DNA of 64,000 nt from an uncultured virus (IMG/VR IMGVR_UViG_3300042881_004667) (lineage: Duplodnaviria > Heunggongvirae > Uroviricota > Caudoviricetes): the IMG/VR virus record IMGVR_UViG_3300042881_004667; one strand, written 5' to 3'. A program made the translations under genes and the position numbers. A model generated the notes under the pieces. The model ran no database searches and was not told the DNA's origin. It was given only the letters and a program-made list of their open reading frames with translations. Shown piece by piece: positions 54,256-64,000 of this stretch. Position 1 is the stretch's first letter; each line of letters opens with the position of its first letter.

Positions 54256-56247
54256 GTGTTTATTGATAGCTAGTTCAGATCCTGGTAGGTATAACCTTTC
54301 AAGATTTGGTAAATAGCTCCGTGATTACAGTCAAACTTTTCCGCAATCTTTCGATACGAAAGTCCTGCTTCTTTTAAAGACTTGATCTGAGTCACGTCAT
54401 CTGAAGAAAACTTCCTCAAAGATTTCTTCGATGCTCCTTTACTGGCAAAGCCATTGTTTTTATAACAACCGTTTTTCCAGGCTCTTGTTAAATTCTCTTG
54501 TTTGGTAACGATCTCAAGATTGTCAAGTCGATTATTTCTCTTGTCATTATCTTTGTGATCAACTTGTAAGGAAAAGTTACTGGTTCCATGAGAACGCAGA
54601 TCTAATCCTAAGAAAGCAACCGCCATCAAGACATGAAGATGAAAACGTTTCCTCTTCCCATTTACAAGAACTGAAATACGGTCATAAACACTGGTTGATC
54701 GGATGGGAATCTTTTTAAAATATTCTTGATTGTCGGGATCAAGTTGTTTTTCAAAAGCAATTCCTTCTTCTGTTAAGTAAAGATTACCAAATCCTGGAAC
54801 AAGTTTTGGATTCATTTTGTTTATGAACAAGTTTCCAAAGCATAACATGCCTCAACTGAACGCTCAACGTTGTCACCCCACCGAGCAATCGATGGGTGCA
54901 AACCGGATGAATTCAGGGAAGCCCTAACGTAAAGACGAGGGTAATCCTGAGCCAAGCCAATCAAGTCGTGATTGGAAGGTGCAGAGACTACTGGGTGTAA
55001 CACGATCTTGTTACGTAATACCAGATTTAGCGTCCGGCATCCCACAGGGATGAAGAGATAGTCCACCCCTCTAAGAAACTAGAGACCAGGAGAACGATTT
55101 TCCCAAGATTTTAGGTGCGGAACTTTACCGTCCCCACCCTGCGTACATCGCAGAAATGGCAGTCGAGCCTGTGGTCGTTCACGACTTTACTCGGCAGCCT
55201 GGTCAAACCGTTCAGTTAGATCGCTATAAGTTCTGGGGTACCCCTGGTACCAAGGACAGCCGTGAGCGTGTGTCCGACCAGACCATCGGTACTGCCAACA
55301 GCCGCAACATCACCAAAGAGAAGGTGCTTGTTGTGCTGAAGGAATACACCGGCCCTGCGGACCCGGGTGATCCTACTCAACCTTCGACCTTCAAGATTGC
55401 TCGTGAGACCCTGATTACGGCCCAGCGTCTTCTTCTGGACTCTGGCAACCTTAACATGTTCCACCAGTCGATCGGTAGCTTAACGCTGCTTGACGACTAT
55501 CGCCGTTGGCGTGACCGCGTGTTCCTTGATGAACTCGCCAAAGCTGAAGCCAATGGCGCCGCCTCTACTTCGCAAGGGGGTTATTACTTTGCTGGTGGTA
55601 AGACCAAAGATTCCTCTGGTCGTATTGCTTATACCGCCACTGAGTACACTGCCGATGTTCAGCAATTCCAGGTTCGTACCGACCTGCTGAACGTTGTTAA
55701 GGACCTGCGTAAGCGTAACGTTCCGACCTTCTCTGATGGTCTGTATCGTTGCATCTGCGATCCCGTCTTCATGATGCACCTGCGTCGTGATCCTGACTTC
55801 CGTGAGATTGCACGTTACGCTGGTAACCCTGGTCAAGGCATGTACATGGGTAATCCCATGATGCCTAACAACGCCAGCTTCTACATGGGTCCCCAGGCTG
55901 GTCAAGGTTACTTCCTGGCTGGTGAACCTGTGATGCCGACCGGCGTTCAGTTCGAAGGTGTGAAGTTCTTCGAATCGACCAACTTCCCAAGCAAGAGCAT
56001 CAGTGCTTCCTTTGATGGCACTGGTGGTACCTATGCTTCTCGTGAAGTTGCACAAGGTTACTTCTTTGGTCCTCAAGCCGTTGGCGTTGGTATCGGCGGC
56101 CCGAATGCTCAGGTGCTGATCAACAACAACGACGACTTTAGCCGCTTCATCATTCTGATTTGGCAACTGTACGCTGGTTTCGAAATCCTTAACACCGATT
56201 TCATCACCACTGCGTTCAGTTTCATCCAAGATGACGGCAACATCTGA
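54256..56247 (+). CDS. major capsid protein, join(54256..54267,55093..56247), 388 aa
   Basis: GGAGG RBS, then GTG TTT ATT GAT | AAC GAT TTT CCC... giving MFIDNDFPKILGAELYRPHPAY; strong codon bias; position after scaffold. Confidence 0.8.
54268..55092 (+). mobile_element. group I intron (IC3-like core), 825 nt
   Basis: 5' exon ends in U, intron ends in G; P AATTCAGGGAA, Q AATCCTGAGC, R GTGCAGAGACT, S AAGAGATAGTCC; P1 TGAT|AGC with GTTGTCA (54869-54875); P10 CGTT with exon AACG; P3 CCGGATG/CGTCCGG. Confidence 0.9.
54270..54848 (-). CDS. intron-encoded HNH homing endonuclease (antisense to the host gene)
   Basis: HVLMAVAF...VDHKDNDKRNNRLDNLE.VT..EN plus C-terminal HTH. Confidence 0.88.
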   Translation of the reverse strand: MLCFGNLFINKMNPKLVPGFGNLYLTEEGIAFEKQLDPDNQEYFKKIPIRSTSVYDRISVLVNGKRKRFHLHVLMAVAFLGLDLRSHGTSNFSLQVDHKDNDKRNNRLDNLEIVTKQENLTRAWKNGCYKNNGFASKGASKKSLRKFSSDDVTQIKSLKEAGLSYRKIAEKFDCNHGAIYQILKGYTYQDLN

Positions 56248-56274
56248 TAACAACAAACATATCTGGAAAGATAG

Positions 56275-57087
56275 ATGACTTATTTAACGGCTAAAAAGAT
56301 TTATCCAGGCAACTGGAATAATGCTCTCAACGGTTGGTATCGCAATATCGACCCTAATGCCGCTGGTACTGACACTGGTTCCAACGCAGGCCCCACTTCG
56401 GTGCTAGCTACTCCTGGTTACCGTTACTTCCAGCAGCGTGGTTATGTGCCCGTTGTGGGCATTTCTGGTGGCACCGGCGCTCTTGCCGTCACCACTAACG
56501 CTGATGTGATCGTTCCTTCGCCTTACCGCCAAGACGACACTCGTCCCAACATCACCGGCATGGTGATTTCTGGTAACTCAACTCTTCCTGCTTACGTGTA
56601 TCGCACTGCGATTTCCGTTGCTTCTGGTTGGGATGGCACCGTTGCTTCTGGTGTGTATGCCGCAACTGGCAACGTGATCTCCTTTGGTCGTAGCAATGGT
56701 GGTAACCCCACTGCTGCTTCGGGTGTTGGTGAAGGTGTGGCACAAGCCAACCTCACCTCTACCGTATCTGGTACCCAAGCTGGCGAGATTTACTTCGCTG
56801 GTGGTACTGCAGGTTACGGCACCAATCCCTTCATTCTGAGTTCTGGCGTACTTGGCCCTCTCCCTGGTAACGCTTACTACTCTGTAACTAGCTCGACCAC
56901 TTTTAAAGTGTTCGCAAAGGAAACCGCTAATAGCACCACGACTTCCGGTGGTTTCTACATTTCTGCTGCTGACAGTGCCGCTAGCCGCGCTGGTTATCTG
57001 GTTGTGGAAGTGTGCTACATCCAACCTGATGTCGCCCCTGGTTACGAAGATATCGACATGTACCTCACTGGTCGCGTTGTTAGCTGA
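56275..57087 (+). CDS. virion structural protein (candidate capsid decoration)
   Basis: directly after MCP, same codon bias, Gly/Ser/Thr-rich. Confidence 0.65.
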   Translation: MTYLTAKKIYPGNWNNALNGWYRNIDPNAAGTDTGSNAGPTSVLATPGYRYFQQRGYVPVVGISGGTGALAVTTNADVIVPSPYRQDDTRPNITGMVISGNSTLPAYVYRTAISVASGWDGTVASGVYAATGNVISFGRSNGGNPTAASGVGEGVAQANLTSTVSGTQAGEIYFAGGTAGYGTNPFILSSGVLGPLPGNAYYSVTSSTTFKVFAKETANSTTTSGGFYISAADSAASRAGYLVVEVCYIQPDVAPGYEDIDMYLTGRVVS

Positions 57088-57122
57088 TTAGGTTAAACTA
57101 AGACCAGTGAACAACTGGTCTT

Positions 57123-57554
57123 ATGTCTACACCAACTGCAGATATGCTTTATCAGCATAAAAAGACAGGTGCACGTGTTGAGATTGTAAGCGAATGGGAT
57201 CAAGGCGATTGGTTCATGGTCAAAGATCAGGACGGTCGCCTTTACACCGCATACAAAACTGAACTCACACCTGACGAAGCAGCCACGAAGAAGGTAAAAA
57301 CTCTTCGAGTAAAAGATAAAGCATCGCAGGAAGAACCACGCACTTTCCCCCCGGACACACGCCTTAACATCAATGGCGCTACCCCACAAATGATCGCTGA
57401 TCATATTAAGGGTATCGGATTGAAAACAGCTCGAGAGATTAAAGATCTTCAGATGTCCTTATCGGGTGAAAGGTTTAACAATCTTGAACAGTTAAAGCAA
57501 ATTAAACGGGTTGATTGGGACGCGGTTTTAGCAGCAGACTTGATCAGAGTTTGA
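57123..57554 (+). CDS. helix-hairpin-helix (ComEA-like) domain protein
   Basis: LNINGAT...IKGIGLKTAREI...F..LEQL. Confidence 0.7.
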   Translation: MSTPTADMLYQHKKTGARVEIVSEWDQGDWFMVKDQDGRLYTAYKTELTPDEAATKKVKTLRVKDKASQEEPRTFPPDTRLNINGATPQMIADHIKGIGLKTAREIKDLQMSLSGERFNNLEQLKQIKRVDWDAVLAADLIRV

Positions 57555-57570
57555 TACTTATCTCCTATCT

Positions 57571-57597
57571 AACCCCTGGGAAACCAGGGGTTTTTTG
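57571..57597 (+). terminator. intrinsic terminator
   Basis: AACCCCTGG-gaaa-CCAGGGGTT then TTTT. Confidence 0.8.
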
Positions 57598-57622
57598 CTC
57601 GTAAAATAAGAAATAAAACAAC

Positions 57623-58357
57623 ATGGCATATTCCGTTCATCGTTCTGGATATACAGGTCCCAGCGCAAAGATCGGTGGTAGTACGGACTATCACATTGAT
57701 CTAAAGATGTTGCAATCATTGCCGATTGCAGAGCGCGTTAAAGCGATGGACGCAGTAGCAAATCAATACAATGCTTTGGGACGTAATGTTGAATTTTCTA
57801 ATGCTGCAGTATCAGGGCGAAGATGGGATCCAACAGCAAATCTTGCGGACAAAGTTGATTTATTAGAACGTGCATCAGGTGCCCATAGTCATAGCAGACA
57901 TCCCGGCTGGGACTCATTTGATTTTTATGTACCTTTTAAAGGCAAGAGTAGGTTTGATAAAGGAGCTGTAGAAGACGCATCTATTTATCTCCCTGGTGTA
58001 GCAGGAGGTAAAATTCGTCGCGGCAGTGGTGGAGGGTATGGGTATTTTTCTGAGGCCTTGGATCCGCGTGGCAAAGTTCTTTTCCGCGTTGGTCATGGCA
58101 ATGTTGATCGTCCTGAAGCAGAAACAGAAGTCTTAGTTCCCACTGGTCAAGCTGTTAGTCCAGGCGCTACTGCTGATGCAAATACTGCAGAAACACGACA
58201 GGATTTTTTGAAACGTTATATGCAAGATCAAATGCAAACAACAATGATGCAACAATTACTTAATCCCCCGCAACGCACAGATCATCGCGCAACAATGGAA
58301 CAAATGATGCAAGCAATGGGAGGCCTTGGAGTTCTACAAAATCCAATGAGCTTATAA
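57623..58357 (+). CDS. hypothetical protein
   Basis: 244-aa ORF with Gln/Met-rich tail. Confidence 0.7.
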   Translation: MAYSVHRSGYTGPSAKIGGSTDYHIDLKMLQSLPIAERVKAMDAVANQYNALGRNVEFSNAAVSGRRWDPTANLADKVDLLERASGAHSHSRHPGWDSFDFYVPFKGKSRFDKGAVEDASIYLPGVAGGKIRRGSGGGYGYFSEALDPRGKVLFRVGHGNVDRPEAETEVLVPTGQAVSPGATADANTAETRQDFLKRYMQDQMQTTMMQQLLNPPQRTDHRATMEQMMQAMGGLGVLQNPMSL

Positions 58358-58380
58358 TGAAAAACATACGGAACTAAGCT

Positions 58381-58842
58381 GTGCATCTCAGCGACTTCGA
58401 TAAAAGTAGAGTCCGATACCACCTCGGCTACTTCACGGTCACCGTACCAGCGGGCGATTACGCACGTCTGGAAGAAGCTATGAACACAATCCCGGATTCA
58501 TACTTCTACGACAAAGTTATTATTCAACTTGGTCGTTGCGATACTGCCGAGAAGAAAACCGAAGTTGCTACTTCGCCTTCTACTCGTATTGAAAACATCG
58601 TTGGTGACGTGGATCGTACGATTCGCTCCAGCAATGCCAGAGAATCTTTGAAGGTTTGGGACGAGATTTATCTCTACGAAACCAATCGACTTGCACAGAT
58701 TCTTTACGTTCCAAACTACAAAGATCCGTTCCAGGCTCGTTATCGTTACGAACGTTCTGGTGCTGAATTCATCCAGGCATTACCTGGGCCTGCCGACACT
58801 GCTGTTGGTTCACGCATTTATTTACATGAGGTTTGGAGGTAA
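58381..58842 (+). CDS. candidate head-completion protein
   Basis: DKSRVRYHLGY N-terminus; positional inference. Confidence 0.55.
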   Translation: MHLSDFDKSRVRYHLGYFTVTVPAGDYARLEEAMNTIPDSYFYDKVIIQLGRCDTAEKKTEVATSPSTRIENIVGDVDRTIRSSNARESLKVWDEIYLYETNRLAQILYVPNYKDPFQARYRYERSGAEFIQALPGPADTAVGSRIYLHEVWR

Positions 58843-59714
58843 TTATGCAGGAATTTTTTACCAAAGCAGGTGGCTTACTTAACCGTATTACAGGTGGCCC
58901 ACAGCAATTAGGACTAGGTGCTCTTTTGTATGGTTCGTCACAAATACAAGAGCCTTTAAAAAGAACGTTTGGTTTACCAACTACAGGCGATTATTTGCGT
59001 CAATGGGAGTCGCAAAAAACTGCCCCTGCTAAACAAACTAATGCTGGCCAACAACAGCGGCCTATTGGTACACAAGCAGTATTAAACGGTAAACCTGTCT
59101 ATTGGGGTGGCGATGATTACGGTTGGCAATTATTGAATAGAACTGGAAGTAGCGCCACTTTAAACTCTCTTAACGCCCCTGGAACGCAAGGTCGTTTTAT
59201 TCAAGACACTGCACCACGTTCTCCAGGAGCAGCACAAGGTGGAGGGGGTGGCTTTTCCGGTGCAGGTTCTTTCGCACCTATTGATCCGTACGCTGCACAA
59301 AACCGTGAGTACGAACGGGAGCGTGCCAGGGTTGAGGCGATGGTGAAAGCTAACCCTGACATGCAAAAGCAAGCGATTGCTGATGAGCGTGCTAAGGTAC
59401 GTGACCAAGGCATGGCAATTTGGGCTGCAGCAAATCCTGATCTTGCGAAACAAGTAAAACCAGGCGCTGTTGGTTATGATGTAATCCAACAAGGTTTACT
59501 GAGTAAGGATGCAGGTCAAGCAGCTAGGCAAGCTTTTGGTTATCAAACACCACAACAAATTACATTCACACCTCCACCAGGTGTGAACACTCCACAAGGG
59601 TTTCCTGCGGTACAGTCCATTACTCCAACGGAAACGTACGGCGCACAAGGATTACAAACCGACCCAGAAATGCTTAAGAAGTTTCAAGCCCTTCTTAACT
59701 CAAGAACCAAATAA
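58833..59714 (+). CDS. hypothetical virion-region protein
   Basis: 293-aa ORF. Confidence 0.7.
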   Translation: MEVIMQEFFTKAGGLLNRITGGPQQLGLGALLYGSSQIQEPLKRTFGLPTTGDYLRQWESQKTAPAKQTNAGQQQRPIGTQAVLNGKPVYWGGDDYGWQLLNRTGSSATLNSLNAPGTQGRFIQDTAPRSPGAAQGGGGGFSGAGSFAPIDPYAAQNREYERERARVEAMVKANPDMQKQAIADERAKVRDQGMAIWAAANPDLAKQVKPGAVGYDVIQQGLLSKDAGQAARQAFGYQTPQQITFTPPPGVNTPQGFPAVQSITPTETYGAQGLQTDPEMLKKFQALLNSRTK

Positions 59715-59930
59715 ATATTTGGCATTGCTCAGCATGTAAGCCCAACCTACTGGACACAGATCTTTGATCTACGGGGGCCAGTGTTGTTGCTTTTAAACCA
59801 ATGATTCTCTGTCCTAATTTTGTTAAGCGTTTAGCCACGAAGATCAGTCTTGTTGCCGCTGTACAGACTGTTTTTATTCCTGGACTCAAAGCAGATTCAA
59901 ATTGGGTAGGAGAATAAGGACCTAATTGCC

Positions 59931-60608
59931 ATGGCCACACCACGAGTTGGAATCCTTCCTACAAACGAAAGGCAAGCAATCTTTGAGGGAGCTAAGCGCC
60001 TTGGCTTAGATCCCTATGAATTTGGCGCATTTTTATCCCTGGAATCAGGGATGAATATGGATCCTAACATTGTAGGGGGCGCAGGAGGACGGCACAAAGG
60101 TTTAATTCAGTTTGGACAGAACGAACAAAAACTATACGGAATTACTGGTCCTCAAACAAGGGCTGGTCAAATGCCTGCTGTTTTGAAGTATTTTGAAGAC
60201 AGAGGTTTTAAACCAGGCATGGGCATTGATCGTGCATATGCCACGGTCCTTGGTGGTAATCCAAATGTTTCTCTGGAAGCAAAGGATTCTTTTGGCACAT
60301 CTGTCCGTGGAGTACTTCCACGTTTTAGAAAAGGAGGAGATCTATACGCTAACGCACAACGTGTATTAGGAGATCCTCTTGACGTTGGCGGACAACCTTC
60401 TGTCGCAGCGCCAGCACCACAAGTAGCGGGCTCTGCACCTGTGTATGGACCTACGCTTGAAGAAGCAATGGGTATCAAGTTGATGCAACAAGCTATGCAA
60501 AGTGCACCACAACCTAAAAATGCAGGTCAACGATTTGCAGAATTTTTAGGTGGTATGAGCAAGAATCTAGGTGTTATAACTAATCCATTATCTACACCTG
60601 GTTATTAA
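59931..60608 (+). CDS. lysozyme-like/transglycosylase domain protein
   Basis: LSLESG..DP...GLIQFG...Y..VL.G motif set. Confidence 0.65.
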   Translation: MATPRVGILPTNERQAIFEGAKRLGLDPYEFGAFLSLESGMNMDPNIVGGAGGRHKGLIQFGQNEQKLYGITGPQTRAGQMPAVLKYFEDRGFKPGMGIDRAYATVLGGNPNVSLEAKDSFGTSVRGVLPRFRKGGDLYANAQRVLGDPLDVGGQPSVAAPAPQVAGSAPVYGPTLEEAMGIKLMQQAMQSAPQPKNAGQRFAEFLGGMSKNLGVITNPLSTPGY

Positions 60609-60646
60609 AACTCAGGTATAATGGTGGATATTAGTGTTGTAGACCC

Positions 60647-61435
60647 TTGGCTTCGACAAATACAAATAAGCAGCCCCTGTTAGTTGACAGGCCTCTTTTT
60701 GATTCGGTACGAGTCACGACTCAAACCGTTGGTAGCGCATCCGCTAACACACTCTTTGTGCAAGGCGGCCAAGCTCCTTCGATCCTTGTCGATATGGATG
60801 CTGCACTTCAAGAAGACAATAATAGTGGTGGCGTTGTCGACTCCATCACTATTGTTCGTAATGATTACTATCGCAACCCTGATTACACTCTTGATTCCAC
60901 AACTACTGGCACACGCATTCGATTGGTAAGTGGCCAGACTGTTTTTATTACAGCTACTGGACTTAACACTCCAGCAGCAGAGAGTGGTCTTGGGTACTAC
61001 ACCTATACAGGTGCGACGGCAATTACCGGTACAATGGGAACCATTCGGTACTCCGGTGTTGCGACTCCTGATGCAAGTGGCTTTTCTTACGGCGGTACCG
61101 TTGGTCCGTACCAGCCAGAAGTGACGTTTGTTGTCTACCAGACCCGTGGTACCACGCAGCCTATTCCTGCGAGTGGCGACTACAAAGTTGTGTTTGCTAA
61201 ACGTGTTCCTGCCAATACGCAGCAAGTTGATTGTTCTGATGTGATGCCACAACTTGCGGCACCCAACCCAGCCGCTGGTAACGCCTCAGGGCTCTCTGCT
61301 GGTGCTCCGTTACGCAACCGTGGCATCTACCTGGAACGTGGCGACCGTCTGTACGTAGGCGTGTTTCCTGATGGTCCTAACGCATCTGGATACATCCCAG
61401 GTGCACACGTCTACGCTGAAGGCGGTTTCTTCTAA
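60647..61435 (+). CDS. virion structural protein
   Basis: Thr/Gly-rich, beta-rich, 262 aa. Confidence 0.6.
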   Translation: MASTNTNKQPLLVDRPLFDSVRVTTQTVGSASANTLFVQGGQAPSILVDMDAALQEDNNSGGVVDSITIVRNDYYRNPDYTLDSTTTGTRIRLVSGQTVFITATGLNTPAAESGLGYYTYTGATAITGTMGTIRYSGVATPDASGFSYGGTVGPYQPEVTFVVYQTRGTTQPIPASGDYKVVFAKRVPANTQQVDCSDVMPQLAAPNPAAGNASGLSAGAPLRNRGIYLERGDRLYVGVFPDGPNASGYIPGAHVYAEGGFF

Positions 61436-61437
61436 TC

Positions 61438-62982
61438 ATGTCAAAAAGAGGCAACTCTTTCGGCGGACAAAGAACAAATTCTTTTGGTGACTTTGGTAAG
61501 GTAAAAGACCAGATCAATCCCAAGGAAGTAAAACCAATTCAAGGAGAGTTTTCCAAAGGATCAGTCCCTGGTTCGATCTGGACGATCGATAGGGAGTCGG
61601 CATGGGCACGTTGGCGCAGGGGTTACGAAATATATTCAAACGGACAATATTTCACATACGAGTTTGAATACAATATTCCGGACGTTGTATTTGCTCCCAG
61701 TCCTCCCATTGTTATCCAGGGGGCGTTTATTGGCTTCCCAACAAAGAGTCGAGAGCTTGGCATGCATTGGTGTCTATGGCGCTATGCAGGAGCTATTAGA
61801 ACTGACTTATATACCGACCCCGTGAGTACCAGTAACCTATCTGTTGAATCAGTAACAGAAGATAGAAACTATTGGTACGTAAAACTGACAGGCACCTGGA
61901 GCACATCGAACCCATTGCCACCACCGTTCTTTTTCCCTGGTGGGCAGAAGCCTTTGATCTCGGAAGTGTTCGAGGATCGCATTGTTGCTTCCGGTGGTGA
62001 GTTAATTGAAGTTGATACAATCAATCCCAGTACGCAAACACGGTACGGCTACGTATCCGCAGTGTTACTAGACATCAACGAAAACACCGGTATTCTTAAG
62101 TTTCGAAAGTCGGGTTCCGTACAAGCAACACCAGATGAAAACTTTGTAACTCCTTCACCTATTGGATTTACTCCAGGACGCTATTTAAACTCTGGTGCAC
62201 GATACAGTTGCACATGCCAAGACTTTACACGGCGGGACTACTTCTATGTATCCTCGGAGAATCCAAGGAAGTTATTTCCACGCACTAATATTGCCACGGT
62301 TAAACCAGGTCGTTTTGAACTTACCAAACGTGACGGTATCTTAAGAACTCCTGCGCAAATAGACCCCTCCATCAATCTCACATTAGAAATTACGGCTCCT
62401 CCTTCGTTTGATTTGACAAATCAAGTCACAACAGAACGTGTCATTAGTCGTGATGCAACGCGAGACAGCCCAGGACTTTACGCAGACTTTGGTGGCACTT
62501 ATACACGTAGCACTGATAACCTTGGTACTCAAGGCTCTTTTGCAGAAGGCATGCCAACCTTTGCTGACTATACTTCTGTCACGGAGACACTTGATAGCAG
62601 TTCTATTCCACAGATTACGCTGACAACTCTTGAGGACAGATGGACACCTGTTTTAGACGAGCTGCGTTATTGTAAGCACATCTATTCTCTTAAATTTGCA
62701 GATCGAGTATTTCCTCCTGAGCCATCTGATTTTCCAACAGACATAGAGAGCATGGCTGAATGGGAAAGACAACTAGTAGCAAAGACAGATAGTGAAATAG
62801 ACGCCATTAAAAAAGATAGACTTACCAAGGAGTCACTCTCAAAGATGGATGTACCTCCTTACAACTGCCAATCATTATCTGTGTATCCGATGTTGCAACG
62901 CTTGTTTAACTTTGCAACAGATCGGATTGAGGTACAAAATTTTACAATGATTGATCAGTATGGCAATCGCTCGCAACCATGA
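61438..62982 (+). CDS. hypothetical protein with a split SWIM-like motif
   Basis: YSCTCQDF and, far downstream, YCKHIY. Confidence 0.65.
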   Translation: MSKRGNSFGGQRTNSFGDFGKVKDQINPKEVKPIQGEFSKGSVPGSIWTIDRESAWARWRRGYEIYSNGQYFTYEFEYNIPDVVFAPSPPIVIQGAFIGFPTKSRELGMHWCLWRYAGAIRTDLYTDPVSTSNLSVESVTEDRNYWYVKLTGTWSTSNPLPPPFFFPGGQKPLISEVFEDRIVASGGELIEVDTINPSTQTRYGYVSAVLLDINENTGILKFRKSGSVQATPDENFVTPSPIGFTPGRYLNSGARYSCTCQDFTRRDYFYVSSENPRKLFPRTNIATVKPGRFELTKRDGILRTPAQIDPSINLTLEITAPPSFDLTNQVTTERVISRDATRDSPGLYADFGGTYTRSTDNLGTQGSFAEGMPTFADYTSVTETLDSSSIPQITLTTLEDRWTPVLDELRYCKHIYSLKFADRVFPPEPSDFPTDIESMAEWERQLVAKTDSEIDAIKKDRLTKESLSKMDVPPYNCQSLSVYPMLQRLFNFATDRIEVQNFTMIDQYGNRSQP

Positions 62983-63017
62983 GGTGAGCTTAGAATAAGT
63001 TAACGGCCATTGACAGC

Positions 63018-63356
63018 ATGTTTTGCAACGAGCACGAGCCCCTCGCCCTGCTAGTTGAATTAACACCAAAGCTTGCCAAAAAACGTTTTAGACAAAGCAT
63101 ATATGAAGCCTGGGATTACAAATGCGGATATTGTGGTGACTCGGCGTCAAGCCTTGATCATATTATTCCAAGGTTTAAGTCGGGTTCTTCTAATCGACAT
63201 AATTTGATTCCTTGTTGCAGGCGTTGTAACGCAAATAAAGGATCAGAGGATATGAAAAAGTGGTACGAAAAACAATCTTTTTTCTCTTCCTCGTCTCTTG
63301 CTAGGATTGAAGCCTGGATCCTGCAACAATCTGTTTTTATTTTTGGTGAATGCTAA
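63018..63356 (+). CDS. HNH endonuclease
   Basis: CGYC...SLDHIIP...NLIPCCRRCNANK. Confidence 0.85.
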   Translation: MFCNEHEPLALLVELTPKLAKKRFRQSIYEAWDYKCGYCGDSASSLDHIIPRFKSGSSNRHNLIPCCRRCNANKGSEDMKKWYEKQSFFSSSSLARIEAWILQQSVFIFGEC

Positions 63357-64000
63357 TGGGCGTTTTTGAAGATTACGTATTCACTTATGGTGATTTAGAG
63401 AAAGCATACAATAATAGTGGAGCCTTAAATTACGAAGCGTACGTAGACAGCTATTCTGATTTAGCTAGTGCTTACGTAAATTCAGGTACGCCGGATTGGA
63501 CAGCATATGTTGACAACAATAATGATCTTAAGGCAGCTTATGCAAGCTCTGGAACACCTGATTGGGTTGGATATGTTAATGCATACCCTGATTTAGTTAA
63601 CGCTAAACCGAGAAATTTAACAACAGCGCAGTGGGGAGCAAAACACTGGGCAGAAAATGGTCAACGAGAAGGACGGAATCTACCAAGAACATACGCACAG
63701 ACAAAAGAACAGTGGGGCGCTTCACACTGGACAAGTAATGGCCAAAGAGAAGGGAGGAGTTTACCTAGGACATACGCACAAACAAAAGAAGAATGGGGTA
63801 GACAGCACGCAAATACTTACAAAGACAGGGTTGTACCAAGGGATGAACCCTCCCAAACACCTGAAGAGTGGGGTTATACTCACTGGGATACATACGGAAA
63901 AAACGAGGAGCGCCTTCTCCCTGGAGGAGAGCAGTTTTTAGTACAGCCGAATGGAACTATTGTTGTCAACACAGATACGATAGGCGCAAAAGCACATAGT
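63356..64000 (+). CDS. repeat-containing protein (partial, runs off the window end)
   Basis: manual translation: YV..Y.DL..AY-type x4 and WG..HW..NGQREGR-type repeats; ATG overlaps the HNH stop. Confidence 0.7.
   Translation, partial: MGVFEDYVFTYGDLEKAYNNSGALNYEAYVDSYSDLASAYVNSGTPDWTAYVDNNNDLKAAYASSGTPDWVGYVNAYPDLVNAKPRNLTTAQWGAKHWAENGQREGRNLPRTYAQTKEQWGASHWTSNGQREGRSLPRTYAQTKEEWGRQHANTYKDRVVPRDEPSQTPEEWGYTHWDTYGKNEERLLPGGEQFLVQPNGTIVVNTDTIGAKAHS

Noticed and set aside
55480..56256. 258-aa antisense ORF over the capsid gene and similar shadow ORFs (56578-57024, 60680-61252)
   Set aside because: Expected by-product of strong codon bias on the sense strand; no RBS or recognisable motif.
59720..59917. 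Riboswitch plus small peptide upstream of the lysozyme-like gene
   Set aside because: Hairpins and a 38-aa ORF are present, but I could not match any aptamer consensus.
1..64000. Integrase, att site, photosynthesis genes, reverse transcriptase/DGR
   Set aside because: No recognisable motifs for any of these in the window.

Overview
A 64-kb segment of a large dsDNA tailed phage, probably infecting cyanobacteria. The host is inferred from the gene content, an IC3-like group I intron, and cyanobacterial-type LexA-like and DnaA-like boxes. Layout: (i) 1-12.6 kb is a mixed accessory/late region with an exonuclease, a methyltransferase, tRNAs and Dps. (ii) 12.6-36.7 kb is a minus-strand early/replication arm with Gp157, a tandem-OB SSB, a T7-like DNA polymerase A, a GP88-like protein, ThyX, a PcfJ-like protein, tRNA-Leu and many small ORFs. 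(iii) 37.5-64 kb is a plus-strand virion arm with Gly/Ala-rich internal-protein-like genes, terminase, portal, scaffold, major capsid protein and a lysozyme-like gene. Eight endonuclease genes are present (Endo VII, HNH, HNH-AP2, GIY-YIG). Three sit inside other phage genes, and the damage appears to be neutralised in three ways. First, an Endo VII cassette supplies a synonymously recoded replacement 5' end, joined to the native gene through a miniature T4-gene-60-like ribosome-bypass element (TCG TAG-hairpin...ATTATT TCG, 2946-2975). Second, an HNH-AP2 cassette supplies a recoded replacement 3' end of Dps. Third, an antisense HNH sits in the P1 loop of a group I intron placed after codon 4 of the capsid gene. 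The early arm also carries two covarying structured-RNA families in 5' leaders: a 28-nt H-type pseudoknot (6 copies) and a CAU/UGUAAGU internal-loop element (8 full and 3 short copies). All product names come from motif recognition by eye; no database searches were run.
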